Shown piece by piece: positions 40,268 to 54,726 of a stretch of 64,000 nucleotides of DNA. Every line of letters begins with the position of its first letter. Position 1 is the first letter of the stretch. The position numbers and the translations under genes were made by a program. The notes under the pieces are model-generated. The model did no database searches. It saw only the letters and a program-made list of their open reading frames with translations, and was not told the origin of the DNA. Source of the stretch: Octopus vulgaris (Eukaryota); NCBI GenBank assembly GCA_951406725.2, contig OX597839.1, positions 27,094,001 through 27,158,000 of the forward strand, given 5' to 3'.

Positions 40268-40609
40268 CGTAGAAATGAGTTGCGACGTCATTGGGGCCAA
40301 ACTGTATTGACCCCTTTGACTTTCCCTTGGATAACATCATCAGTGGTGAGGAGAGGGGAAGCTGGTATGCATGAATGACTGCTGGTCTTCCATAAACCAC
40401 CTTGCCTGGACTTGTGCCTTGGAGGGGAGACTTTCTAGGTGCAATCCCATGGTCATTCGTGACCGAAGGGGGTCTTTACCCTTTATATCTGATCCACAAG
40501 AAAGCAGGCTGGTTGCGATTGTAATAACATTGCTGCTTATCAGAATTGATATGGGGTTGAATAACAACAACTACAACAACAATAACAATAACGATATCAA
40601 CAATAATAA

Positions 40610-40822
40610 TCCTTTCTACTGAAGCCACAAGGCCTGAAATTTTGGGGGGAGGAGAGTAGTCGATCACGTCGACCCCAATGTTTCACTGATACTTAATTTA
40701 TCGACCCCGAAAGGATAAAAAGGCAAAGTTGACCTCGGTGGAATTTGAACTCAGAACGTAGCGACGGACGAAATACTGCTAATCATTACGTCCAGCGTGC
40801 TACCAATTCTGCCAGCTCACCT
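40610..40822 (-). mobile_element. SINE family C-related copy
   Basis: tttatcgaccccgaaaggat..gaatttgaactcagaacgtagc core. Confidence 0.75.
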
Positions 40823-41034
40823 GCTAGAAACAGCAGCTAGATACCCCTCCAATCATACGCGGTTGGACTATATTACTCAGCCTTGAAATAGAGTCTGAAA
40901 AATATAAATTAAGATGGGACAGTCACGGTGGGAACGTCTTTTGATCATATGTTTCTCACGATCGCCATGTCTAAGCCAGGAATTGAAACCAAATCTTACG
41001 ATCATGAGTACAACATCCTAACAACATCAGGAGT

Positions 41035-41459
41035 GGCGCAGGAGTGGCTGTGTGGTAAGTTGCTTGCCAACCAACCACATGGTTCCGGGTTCAGTCCCAC
41101 TGCGTGGCACCTTGGGCAAGTGTCTTCTGCTATAGCCCCGGGCCGACCAATGCCTTGTGAGTGGATTTGGTAGACGGAAACTGAAAGAAGCCCGTCGTAT
41201 ATATGTATATATAAATATATATATATACGCGTGTGTATGTTTGTGTGTCTGTGTTTGTCCCCCTAGAATTGCTTGACAACCGATGCTGGTGTGTTTACGT
41301 CCCCGTCACTTAGCGGTTCGGCAAAAGAGACCGATAGAATAAGTACTGGGCTTACAAAAGAATAAGTCCTTGGGTCTAGTTGCTCGACTAAAGGCGGTGC
41401 TCCAGCATGGCCGCAGTCAAATGACTGAAACAAGTAAAAGAGTAAAAGGAAGTAAAGAG
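41035..41459 (+). mobile_element. SINE family B, full length
   Basis: Head, ccttgggcaagtgtctt, internal microsatellite, gtaaaaga tail. Confidence 0.9.
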
Positions 41460-41994
41460 AGGATCAACAAAGACAATACTTAAAAGTACTCAAAGGGAAG
41501 ACAACTCTTAACTGTAAAAAGCAACAATTTTCAACCTCCGTTCAGGTAAGACTAGGATAATACAGTGATACGGAATCACATTCGGGCAGTAATTCAATTA
41601 ACGGGAGTAGTTAATGGAATAGAGAAATCAAAGAAAAAAAAAAGGTAAATAATAAACAATAACATGATTAGTAAGATTGTGAGCGGAATAAATATGGAAG
41701 GAGATAATGTAACAATTCAGTAATTGCAGTAAAAACCGGACTATTGTAATCACATTAGATACGGTCTGAGGTTTTTGGAGAACGGCTTCAGACATCAGAC
41801 TTGGAAGTTATTTTGAAGACGGTAACTAATGGTAATATCATTCTTGAGTAGGCGCACACGAACGCACACACACACACACCTACGAGCATAGACGCATGCA
41901 CGCACATACGCATGCGCATACATACATACATACATATATGTATGTGGTTTCGTATACATGTCGATATAGATGGATGTGTACTAGGATATTTCTA

Positions 41995-42030
<36 letters not shown>

Positions 42031-42114
42031 TGTATGTATGTATGTATGTATGTATGTATGTATGTATGTATGTATGTATGTATGTATATATATGTATGTA
42101 TGTATATATATATG

Positions 42115-42150
<36 letters not shown>

Positions 42151-42174
42151 TGTATGTATATATGTATATATATG

Positions 42175-42214
<40 letters not shown>

Positions 42215-42273
42215 TATATATGTATATACATATATATATACATATATATACGTATATACATACATATATATAT

Positions 42274-42338
<65 letters not shown>

Positions 42339-42348
42339 ATATAAATAT

Positions 42349-42381
<33 letters not shown>

Positions 42382-42395
42382 ATATAAATATATAC

Positions 42396-42538
<143 letters not shown>

Positions 42539-43051
42539 CACATGTTCAAATGTATATATAGATATGGCTATGTAGGTGCAGCTCATAGACAAACATACAC
42601 TCATAAAGCAATTTACTCACATAGGAACACACTAACAAAGACACACACACACACACACGCACACACACACACACACACACAAACGCATCCGCGCACACAT
42701 ATATACACATAGGGAGACGTGAGCAAACACCCGCTCCTATGCATGTATGTATATGATTACGTAAGTACGTAGACACACATGGATGGGTACAACGATATAC
42801 ATACACACACACACACACACACATGGGTGCGCACATGCACGCGCACATAGACACATGCGCGCGCACATGTTCACGTGCGTTTCTTTATTTTTACTTTTCA
42901 CAATGTACTTTTACCAGTGATTGTATCAGCTTCTCTCAGATCCAAGTCAATGAACACACACGCGCATGCGCATGTGTCTGTATGTGTGTCGGCTGTTTCT
43001 ATGTTTGCGTGTATGAGTGTGCAAATATATCTATATCTACGTATCTATCTA

Positions 43052-43400
<349 letters not shown>

Positions 43401-43676
43401 ATGAAATGACCGGAAGGGAATGGGTGAAGAAAAAGTTCTTTCTAAGACAGGAGAGTGTAAGAGAAGGAGGTATGTGTGCTTCGGATCGAGTTTACCTCGC
43501 CAGTAAACCCCCTCGTCTCCCCCCACAGAAAACTGGAGTTGGACGCCAATATGTTGATCACGAGCTAAAAAAAGGGGCCGACCCAAAGGGATTAAATGGC
43601 AGTTTTTTTTAATGTTTTCTTTTGGTTTTTCGATTCATAAATTTCCTTCTGGTTGAATTTGTTTTTGTACAGTATA

Positions 43677-43863
43677 GGCGCAGGAGTGTCTGTGTGGTAA
43701 GTAGCTTGCTAACCAACCACATGGTTCCGGGTTCAGTCCCACTGCGTGGCACCTTGGGCAAGTGTCTTCTGCTATAGCCCCGGGCCGACCAATGCCTTGT
43801 GAGTGGATTTGGTAGACGGAAACTGAAAGAAGCCTGTCGTATATATGTAAATATATATATATG

Positions 43864-43894
<31 letters not shown>

Positions 43895-44093
43895 TTGTCC
43901 CCCTATCATTGCTTGACAACCGATGCTGGTGTGTTTACGTCCCCGTCACTTAGCGGTTCGGCAAAAAGAAACCGATAGAATAAGTACTGGGCTTACAAAG
44001 AATAAGTCCTTGGGGTCGATTTGCTCGACTAAAGGCGGTGCTCCAGCATGGCCGCAGTCAAATGACTGAAACAAGTAAAAGAGTAAAAGAGAG
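43677..44093 (+). mobile_element. SINE family B, full length
   Basis: Near-identical to the 41035 copy. Confidence 0.9.
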
Positions 44094-44315
44094 TATCTCT
44101 GAGACCCATAAATTAGGTGTGGAGGTTTCAGGCCTATGCTAACAGAGGGTCCAAGCTATACTTTCCCTTTAAATCATATCCGATGATTGTTAATTCATCT
44201 CTCCACTTCTGGAAGATTCTCAGCATGAAACCGTTCGGTAACAGAAATTGGCTGTAATTTTTGTGCACCTCTGACATCCATAAACCGGATGTAACGGTTT
44301 TAGGCCGACAGGATA

Positions 44316-44738
44316 ACTCTTTACTCTTTTACTCTCTTTTACTTGTTTCAGTCATTTGACTGCGGCCATGCTGGAGCACCGCCTTTAGTCGAGCAAATCG
44401 ACCCCGGGACTTATTCTTTGTAAGCCCAGTACTTATTCTATCGGTCTCTTTTGCCGAACCGCTAAGTGACGGGGACGTAAACACACCAGCATCGGTTGTC
44501 AAGCAATTCTAGGGAGACAAATACAGACACACAAACACACACACATACATACACATATATATATATACATATATACGACAGGCTTCTTTCAGTTTCCGTC
44601 TACCAAATCCACTCACAAGGCATTGGTCGGCCCGGGGCTATAGCAGAAGACACTTGCCCAAGGTGCCACGCAGTGGGACTGAACCCGGAACCATGTGGTT
44701 GGTTAGCAAGCTACTTACCACACAGCGACTCCTGCGCC
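44316..44738 (-). mobile_element. SINE family B, full length
   Basis: Reverse complement of the 43677 copy. Confidence 0.9.
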
Positions 44739-45169
44739 TACACCCGGGCTTTTAAAATAAAACAAGTCCTGGGGTCGATTCGTCGACTAAAATTCTTGAA
44801 GGACGGTGCCCCAGCATGGCCTCATACTAATAACTGAAACAACAATAGGATAAAAAGATAAAAGATGAAAAAAAACACAAATAAAAAAAAACAAAACAAC
44901 AATAATACAATCTGTCCGTAAATTATCTTTACACTTTTCACAATATTTTTGCCTGAACTTGTTAAGGGAATTTATGGACAGCTGCATATAAATTGATATT
45001 TATGGTCGATGTTTGCTGCTGTCGATTAATTTCTTTCGATCAGGTTTTCACGAACAAAAGCGATAATTAACTCCGCCAATCATCGGAAGAAGATGCTACG
45101 TGCGCCGTGGTGTTCGATAACCTATAGACTTGGCGGGAATTGCCTATTTGCATTTCTATGCCAAAAAGA

Positions 45170-45463
45170 TAATCATCATCGCCGTCGTCGTCGTCGTCAT
45201 CACCATCATCATCATCATTATCCTCATCATCATCGTCATCAGTATCATCATTATCCTCATTATCATCATCATCATCATCATCAGTATCATCATTATCATC
45301 ATCGTCATCATCATCATCATCATCATCGTCATCATCATCATCATCATCATCATCATCACCGTCATCATCATCATCGCCATCATCACCATTAATCCTCCTC
45401 CTCCTCCTCCTCCTCCTCCTCCTCCTCCTCCTCATCATCATCATCATCATCACCACCATCATC

Positions 45464-45495
<32 letters not shown>

Positions 45496-45682
45496 CATCA
45501 TCACATCATCATCATCATCATTATCATCATCGTCATCATCATCATCATCATCATCGTCATCATCGTCATCATCATCATCATCATCATCATCATCACCGTC
45601 ATCATCATCATCGCCATCATCACCATTAATCATCCTCCTCCTCCTCCTCCTCATCATCATCATCATCATCACCACCATCATC

Positions 45683-45714
<32 letters not shown>

Positions 45715-45781
45715 CAACATCATCATCATCATCATCATATCATCATCGTCATCATCATCATCATCATCATCGTCATCATCG

Positions 45782-45814
<33 letters not shown>

Positions 45815-45910
45815 CCGTCATCATCATCATCGCCATCATCACCATTAATCCTCCTCCTCCTCCTCCTCCTCCTCCTCCTCATCATCATCATCATCATTAT
45901 CATCATCACC

Positions 45911-45996
<86 letters not shown>

Positions 45997-46090
45997 TATC
46001 ATCATCACCGTCATCAACGTAATCATCGTCGTCGTCGTCATCGTCATCATCATTATCAACAGCAGCATCAACCTCAACAACACCAACAGC
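45170..46090. repeat. (CAT)n array with about 220-240-bp higher-order unit
   Basis: Anchor accgtcatcatcatcatcgccatcatcaccattaatc at 45358, 45595, 45814. Confidence 0.9.
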
Positions 46091-46527
46091 GTAACAAAAA
46101 CAAACAAATAAACAAACAAACAACAAAAGATAACACACACACACACACACACACAAACATACGACTGTGTCATCGTCAGCGAAACTTCTCAATCAGAGAT
46201 CGATAATGTTTGCTGTCCAACATTCATGTCGGAGCAATCAATCGCGCGATCTGTTAATACTTGTTTCTCATAAAACGATCATCTAACTGAGGTTTATGTA
46301 AGATCGAACTGAAGCCTACCCCTCCACCCTACCCCTCCACCCGACCCCCACCCGACCCCCCACCCTGCCTATTACGCTGTGAAAGTAATTTGTGTTGTCG
46401 GGGGATCAATACACCGGCAAGAAAAGATCAGAAATAAAAATAAACATAAATTGAGTAACGGCCAATCACCTTTGACCGTTGGAACTTGTGATATTGATCT
46501 CGATGGAGAAAAGGTGAATAAAGATGT

Positions 46528-46562
46528 CTATCTATCTATCTACCTGTATATCTATCTATCTA

Positions 46563-46648
<86 letters not shown>

Positions 46649-46693
46649 CCTATCTACCTACCTATCTATCTATCTACCTACCTACCTACCTAC

Positions 46694-46752
<59 letters not shown>

Positions 46753-46778
46753 CCTACCTACCTACCTACCTACCTGTA

Positions 46779-46824
<46 letters not shown>

Positions 46825-46846
46825 CCTACCTACCTACCTACCTGTA

Positions 46847-46924
<78 letters not shown>

Positions 46925-47042
46925 CCTATCTACCTATCTATCTATCTATCTACCTACCTACCTACCTACCTACCTGTATATCTATCTATCTATCTATCTA
47001 CCTACCTATCTATCTATCTACCTACCTACCTACCTACCTGTA

Positions 47043-47077
<35 letters not shown>
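46528..47077. repeat. (TATC)n/(TACC)n array with recurring cctgtata anchor
   Basis: Anchor at about 46543, 46773, 46841, 46973, 47037. Confidence 0.9.
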
Positions 47078-47219
47078 TTGTACACACATACATACATACA
47101 TACATACATACATACATACATACACACGCACACATACACACACGCACACACACAAAAACACCCCCCACATATATATATATATATGTATGTATGTGTGTGT
47201 TTGTATGTGCATGCGTGCA

Positions 47220-47278
<59 letters not shown>

Positions 47279-47689
47279 GTGTATTTTCGCTCATTATCTG
47301 TGGCAGCATACCAGCTGGCAGAATACAGTGAGGGTCCGGAAAGGACGATGTTATAAACGGGAGGAAAACAACTACACACACGTTTATCTATGTGTACACA
47401 CACACACACACACACACAATTGCGCATTTACACACTGACATATATATGTGTATGTATGTGTGTATGTATGCATGTGTATATGTGTGTGCATAAATGTATG
47501 TATGCATGCATGTATGCATGTACGTATGTATGTATGTATTATGTATGTATATATGTGTGTATGTATATATATATATATATATATGCGTGTGTGTATATTT
47601 TCTATTCTATGTGTGTGTACGTTATATGTGTATAACTGTATATTGTGTGTGTGCTCGCGCGCGTGTGTCCCGATACATACATGATTGTG

Positions 47690-47731
<42 letters not shown>

Positions 47732-47775
47732 AGTACGTCAATATACAAGTTTGCAAATATATACACATACACAAA

Positions 47776-47820
<45 letters not shown>

Positions 47821-47826
<6 letters not shown>

Positions 47827-48079
47827 ATCACGTAACCGACCAGACCATCAGATGTTGTTATACATCGCTGGTCACAATGCGTTCGCATTGTTTTAGCCTT
47901 CGAATGACGCCACCCCGCTGGCCAAGTGAGCAGGCCAACAGAAGAAAGAGTGGGAGAAAGAGTGGATGAAAGAGTACAGCAGGGATCACCACCACCCCCT
48001 GCCGGAGCCTCAATAAAAGGTGTTTTCGCTCAATAAACACTCACAACGCCCGATCTGGGAATCGAAACCGCGATCCTAC
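47821..48079 (-). mobile_element. SINE with family A head and an alternative tail
   Basis: A-type B box and gtggtgatccctgctgtactctttc, then an unrelated tail ending acgtgatcacgtg at (TA)n. Confidence 0.75.
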
Positions 48080-48102
48080 AGAAAATAACCTCAATAAAAA
48101 TA

Positions 48103-48187
<85 letters not shown>

Positions 48188-49015
48188 GTTTTCAGATTTG
48201 AGAGAGGCATGGGACATCAAACGATTACCAATGGGAGATTAATACAATCTTTCCACACTGCAGAGTAGCCACATCGCGCTCCCTTTTGCCTTCCATACAT
48301 CCATCCATTCGTCACCCACCACCACCACCTACCCCTACCAGCCGCTCATTGATTCATTGATTACCATTTTGTTGGCTTCAGGCTTTCACCTAAGTAATCA
48401 ACCAGACATGAAAGTTAAACGCTCTCCGCCAATCCGTTCTTGGTGTTGTCGAGGAGAACGAGGGCAAGGCAACCACAAACGCTAAGATACGAACATTGGC
48501 AACTTGCCCGAAAGACATAACAATGGCAGACCACTAGATTCTTTTTTACCTGTTGTTGTTGTCGTTGTTATAGTAGAAGCTATTATCATTGTAGTTGTTG
48601 TTGTTATTGTAGTTGTTGTTGCCAATTTTAATGTGTGTTAACCAATCACGTTGATTAATTCTGTAACACACAAAGACAGAAGCTAGTCTGAATTACGAAA
48701 ACAAATCAAGTAGCTCTACTTGGCGTTTGGGTGAACAAAACAACTCAAGATGGACGATGGGAAGAAGAAAGCAACAAACATGGAGTGGTTTCTACTTGGC
48801 GCTAGTCAAGAATCTAGAAGGAGAACTTTTAGAGTTACAAGGAGCTCTCCATATTCTTCACAGCGTTAACGAAATGCACCAAGTATTTAATCTAGGTTTT
48901 ATAAGTGACTGCTTTATGTGTCCGTGGCTAATTTACTATGGGAAATACTTTGATTTATGTACATGTCCGTTGTTAAACTACGTTAACTGCGTTAACACAA
49001 ACTTAAATAAATGTT

Positions 49016-49809
49016 GGATCTTTTCGGTTTGAACGGCAGTTTTTCTTAATATAATTTCCACGCAACTAAACACTTTTAAACTTCGTATACTGGTAGAATG
49101 TGTTTATAAAACATCTTTTTTTTCTCTTGGCTTTATTGAGAAAATTCTATAGTTTGGACAGGAAATGAAGTGTTTTGCTCAAGAACACAACGTATCGCCT
49201 GGTTCAGGAATTGAAACCACAATCTTACGATCATGGGTACAACATCCTAAATACTCATTTTTACCAGCTGAGTAGACAGTAGTAACGGAAAATGGAGTTT
49301 TGTACATAAGGACACAAAGCATCGCCCGGTTCAGGAATCGAAATACCAACGGATCTTTTCGGTTTGAATGGCAGTTTTTTAAAATAATTTCCACGCAACT
49401 AAACACTTTTAAACTTCGTATACTGGTAGAATGTGTTTATAGAACATCTTTTTCTCTTGGCTTTATTGAGAAAATTCTATGGTTTGTAAGATATTTATTT
49501 TGTTTTTCTTCAATTTCTGCAATTTCAACCAATCAATGACGTCTATTGAGGTGAAAACATTCTGTGCCGTATGGATATGTCCCTCGTTTAAGAAACAGAT
49601 TGGGTTTATTTACATTTGTGAAAAAAAGAAAGATACCTTTCCCCCCACCCCTAACCCTAACCCTAACCTTAACTAACCCCAACTAACCCTAACTAGCCCT
49701 AATCCTAAAACAGATTGAAATGCAATAGATCGATACTAGGGTCATAATTATGAGTGACAATTTCATATGACACCGTTAGAAAAAACTGCCGTTCAAACCG
49801 AAAAGATCC
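49016..49809. mobile_element. Merlin-like MITE (composite, duplicated left end)
   Basis: Perfect 29-bp TIR ggatcttttcggtttgaacggcagttttt; 8-bp TSD taaatgtt (49008-49015, 49810-49817); second left end at 49351. GG termini with 8-bp TSD fit Merlin. Confidence 0.8.
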
Positions 49810-50348
49810 TAAATGTTTCTTGGATGGCGGATGGTGTTGCTGAGTAAAATAACTTGGGTGATTTTTATGGCTGACTGAATCGTTAGCACGTCGGACAAAA
49901 CGCTTTGTAATATTATTTCTCTGCTCTTAACGTTATGAGTTCAAGTCAGCGCTGGATTAACCATTAACCATTTAACCATTAATAAAATAAGTACGTGCTT
50001 AGGGTATCAGGGGAAGTGTGGGTCACCACGGTAATGGTAAATGGTTAACGGCACAAAAGAAATCCCTTTAAACTTGCTAAATTAATATTCGGGATGCCTT
50101 TATTTCTACTAAGTATAGAAACAGATGTGTTACGTAAGATTAATTATAAGGACCTGATCAAAGGCTTTGCAATTAAAAAAAGTAGGAGAACGCATTTCAA
50201 ATTTAATTAAAGTGGAAATATACAAAAATAAACATTATTTCCCATATTTCTGTTAGTTTTGCTTTATTTTGAAAAATAAAAATTCATTTTATGGTTTATT
50301 ATTGTCTATATTTTGAATTACATAAATACACACACACACACACACACA

Positions 50349-50740
50349 TCGTTGCTATAATGTTAAACTGTCGTATATCCAAATTTGGCCAAAATGCCTT
50401 TTTTTTCAATATCTAATTTTGCTAGTAGTAGCCAGTTCTTTTTGGTCAAACTATCGTATCTCCAGCTGCTTCAGATGCCAAGATATGAAAATTCTCAAAG
50501 TGTAGTACAACGGTTTAGCATTTTGCAAAAGTGTAGTAAGTCCCACATATGACAGTTTTGCAAAAATGTTTCTGACTGAAAATATCATACACGCATGTAA
50601 GGATTTTATACATCCAACAAAATATTATTGTTAAGCTGAAACTGTTGCTAAGGTAATAAGAAATGGAAGGGTGAAACTATTTTTTACCTTTTCTGAAAAA
50701 AGCAATGTTTTGGACTTACAACATATTCTCATAATAGCAA

Positions 50741-50743
<3 letters not shown>
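50349..50743. mobile_element. Unclassified MITE
   Basis: About 35-bp imperfect TIRs tcgttgctataatg..tccaaa / tttggac..cataatagcaacga between (CA)n and (TA)n. Confidence 0.7.
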
Positions 50744-50793
<50 letters not shown>

Positions 50794-50798
<5 letters not shown>

Positions 50799-50945
50799 TT
50801 ATAGAAGGAGCTTCTACAGGACTAGAACTGTTTCATTCAAATGAAATCATCAGCCTGTAGAAGCTCCTTCTATAAAATAAATTAATTTACTCTGCCATGT
50901 ATTGAGTACCTTATTTACTGTGGTTAACCCCGACTCAACCCGGGA

Positions 50946-50948
<3 letters not shown>
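50794..50948. mobile_element. Family H fold-back element with deleted centre
   Basis: Left arm keeps CUGAUGA..GAA ACAG..CUGU A on the minus strand (50809-50853) but lacks the 5' strand of stem I; (TA)n flanks. Confidence 0.82.
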
Positions 50949-51017
<69 letters not shown>

Positions 51018-51102
51018 AGCAGGATGAAGGTTCGATGAAGGGTAGACTTCAGTTCGATCTTACATATATGTATATATATATATACACATATATAATATAT
51101 TA

Positions 51103-52935
51103 CACTGGTCTACAAGGTCTTTGGTGTTTAGGAAATAGACATTCCTATACAAAATCGATCTCCTGAATCTAAATATAACCTTCTTTTTGCCCTATCGGAT
51201 GTAGTTTTTTAGTTATTGAACATCCTTGTTGTCACTATGTATGCGTGTACGTACAGCGCGCAGTGTTCGTTACCTTATTCTCCTTCTCGTTGTTTTCCCA
51301 TAGTTTTTAGATGTTGTGGTGAACGAAGCAATAGAAAACGAGCAAGATGTCCTCCCCAAGAAAGTGTTGCGTTAATTCTCCAAATGTGTTTTGTTCTGTT
51401 TGAGGAGAAAATACACATTACCTGAAAATCGAAAAAGACATCACTGGTTTTGTTGAAAGAGCGTATATGGCATATTTTGGGGTCCAGCTGGGAGACCGAA
51501 ATAAATATTGGGCACCGCATAGTGTCTGCAAACAATGTACAGAATATTTGCGACAATGGGCTAAAGGGACAAGGGAAAGTATGAGGTTTGCTACCCCAAT
51601 GGTATGACAGGAGCCCTTTAATCATGTGGACGTCTGATATTTTTGTAACCTAAATTTGAAGAGTTCCTTTCTTTCTTCACAAAAGCGGAAGAGCTGGTTT
51701 ACTACAGAGGTGTCAGTGGGCTTCTTAATAAACTTGGCATTGAGGAATACAAACCAGAGGAACGGAGTCTTTTCACAGACAGCTCTAAGTGTTGTTCAAA
51801 ATGTGTATTGTTGCACAACAGAAATGTGTATGGCTTTGTCCCCACTCAACAACTCCGAAGGAAAAATATGAAGAAATTAAGTTGGTTTTAGAGAAGATAC
51901 TGTATCATGATCATAAATGGGTCATCTGCGTTGACTTAAAGATGGTGAATTTTTTCATGGGACAGCAATCTGGTTACACCAAATACCCATGCTTTATTTG
52001 CATGTGGGACAGTAAAGACCGAGGAAACCACTCTGTTAAGAAAGACTGGCTGCCTCGAACAAATATGGCTCCATGTAGAGCTGCCAATATATTGAAAGAA
52101 CCTTTAGTTGAGCGAGATAAGATCGTTTTTCCCACTTTGCACATCAAACTTGGACTCGTGAAGCAATTCATCAAAGCTCTTGACAAAAATGGGGAGTGTT
52201 TCAAGTGTATCTGCAGTGTATTTGCAGACTTGGCGATTGAAAAATTTAAGGCAGGGATTTTTGAGGAACCACAGATCCGTAAGCTCTTGAAGCTCTTTTG
52301 TGGAAACAATGAGCGAAAATGAAGCATCAGCTTGGCTAGCCTTTGCAGAAGTAGTGCAAAATTTCCTTGGGAAACACAAAAGTGAAAACTATAAAGACCT
52401 TGTTACCAACTTGATATCAACTTTTCGTGATATTGGCGCCAATATGAGCATCAAAATGCATTATGATTTTTAGTCATCTTGATTGGTTTCCTGAATTTCT
52501 CGGAGATATTAGCAATGAACAAGGCGAACGATTCCATCAGGACATCAAGGAGATAAAAACTTGGTGCCATGGACGTTGGAACGCTATGATGATAGCAGGC
52601 TATTGCTGGTGCTTAAAACGTGATAGTCTTGTTGCTCAACATTCACGGTGCACAAAGATGTGTTAATTTATTCCTTGAATTTTCTGCCAAAAAATATTTG
52701 CCAATGTCAATTTTTAATTTTGAATTTTTATTTGTACTTTGTTTTCTTCCATGTCACGCTCTCTCTATTGGTTCATATTATATGCCTCTTGTATGAATAA
52801 AATACTTACTCTATCGGGTCTAATTAGAAAAATAGACCTGATAGAGAAAAACTGAAGCTATTTTCGAATTTAGCAGGCAAAAATCACTTCAGAATTCGTT
52901 GAAATATTCCAGGCACCAGACAGATAAAAAAAGAT
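51103..52935 (+). mobile_element. Chapaev3-like (CMC group) DNA transposon, decayed
   Basis: Starts CACTGG; subterminal inverted similarity; right terminus not found; contains a transposase pseudogene. Confidence 0.75.
51347..52666 (+). pseudogene. Chapaev3-like transposase with stops, frameshifts and internal deletions
   Basis: CVNSPNVFC.., YFGVQLGDRNKYWAPHSVCKQC, WVICVDLKMVNFFMGQQSGYTKYPCFICMWDS, PTLHIKLGLVKQFIKAL, SNEQGERFHQDI, AGYCWCLKRD. Family call from motif recall. Confidence 0.78.
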
Positions 52936-53189
52936 ATTATTATTATTATTATGGCCGACGGCCGAAAAGAAATTCAGTATAATTCGTGGAGAACTGTTGC
53001 ATTCAATTTTGAAATTTGTACCGCTGTGAAAGGTGAGTACGTTGTGGCCGAGTGGTGAGTTTGTTTCATAAGATGTACCCCAGATATTTTTTTGGGGTGG
53101 GGGGACATCTCAATTTAATTTTGTTTCCGTTATGAACATTTTTATTTCTTTCCTCCATGGAGAAAACATCAGACGACACAATGAGGCTT

Positions 53190-53234
<45 letters not shown>

Positions 53235-53395
53235 TGTGTGTGTGGGGGGGCATTACCTCACCGCTGTGAAAACAGACGACCGACGAAACAACAAATTTGA
53301 AGATAAGCAGCAGATGGAAAATTTTAACAAAAAACATCGAAGCCACCACCAGCAAAAACAACAACAAAAACACCACCACCATCACCACCACCACC

Positions 53396-53427
<32 letters not shown>

Positions 53428-53743
53428 CAAAACAACACCACTACTAACAATAACAACAATAGTAAATTTGATGACGAACTAAAATAGAAAATTTTTAACA
53501 AAGACATCAAAGCCACCTTCACCACCACCACCACTACGAAAAACAACAGCAACAACAACAACTGCAGCAGCAGCAGCAACAACAACAACACATCTTTCGC
53601 TGAAATTACTTAACAGAAATAGGTGGAACACTCTTTCAGGCGTGATTTTGGCAAAAATTACAGAAAATGCCTGCCAGAAACCTAATCTTTTTCTACCACC
53701 AGGTGAAAAAGATCAAAACACCCGCGCACACGCGCACACACGC

Positions 53744-53806
<63 letters not shown>

Positions 53807-53816
53807 TACCCGCGCG

Positions 53817-53855
<39 letters not shown>

Positions 53856-53892
53856 TCACACACACACACACACACACACAGACATACACACG

Positions 53893-53951
<59 letters not shown>

Positions 53952-54095
53952 CTGTTATCTGTCATTGTCTAAACAAGAAGACTAAGAGGATTGAAAATCC
54001 GCCCCCCCCCCTGCCCCCAGTTCAAGCAGAAAAATGCCTGAATTATATCTGGAGTTCGAATATAGAATGTAAGGGGTTTGGATCGCTGATAGCAA

Positions 54096-54586
54096 TCTCT
54101 CTCTATATAAACGGCAGTTTGTCTCTCTCTATATAAACGGCAGTTTGTCTGTCTGTGTATCTGTGTGTCTGTCAGGTTGTACCCTCACCCTGACCACGGC
54201 TTTCAACCGATTCTGATGAAACTTGACACACACATAGCCCAATGTCATAATTCAAAACTAACGCAGCGAAAATTTTGAAAAGTTCCCCCAATTCTGAAAA
54301 AATCGATAAATTCGACATGGGGTCGAGAATTTAAGCTTTTCATATGCAACACATTTTCTGGGCTGTACGTGGGCTGTTCACGCGTTGGGAGGCACAATGA
54401 TGTTTTCATGTTTTCGCCCAAAGGGACAGCTAGGAACATCGTATACACAGAAGTATTTGAGTGAAGAGAAGACATTGCAACCTACACATGCGCCTTCGTT
54501 CCCTAGAGGGAAAGGACTAGATTGGGATTAGTCGTTGCCTTCTAGGGGCTCTTGCATACCCGGGCAACGCCGGGCTATGCTGCTAG
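54096..54586 (+). mobile_element. Non-autonomous Helitron family E carrying a RepHel C-terminal remnant
   Basis: TC start (26-bp 5' end duplicated), hairpin cccgggcaacgccggg + CTAG, A^T site. Confidence 0.88.
54363..54464 (+). pseudogene. Helitron PIF1-like helicase C-terminus
   Basis: LYVGCSRVGRHNDVFMFSPKGTARNIVYTEVFE*, matching the LYVA.SRV...T.NIVY.EVF end of RepHel proteins. Confidence 0.85.
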
Positions 54587-54726
54587 TATGTTATAACGAG
54601 GAGAAGGCGGAAAAGATGGCTTTTCTGACATGCTCTTGAGAGGAACGTATTTTAATTCCATCGTCTTTGGGGAGACGAACGAATAAAGTTACATTTACGA
54701 ATGTACCTCCAGAACCAAACATCTAT

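Noticed and set aside
49649-49707. (CCCTAA)n as a telomere or fusion site
   Set aside because: Only three perfect units, and internal to a TIR element.
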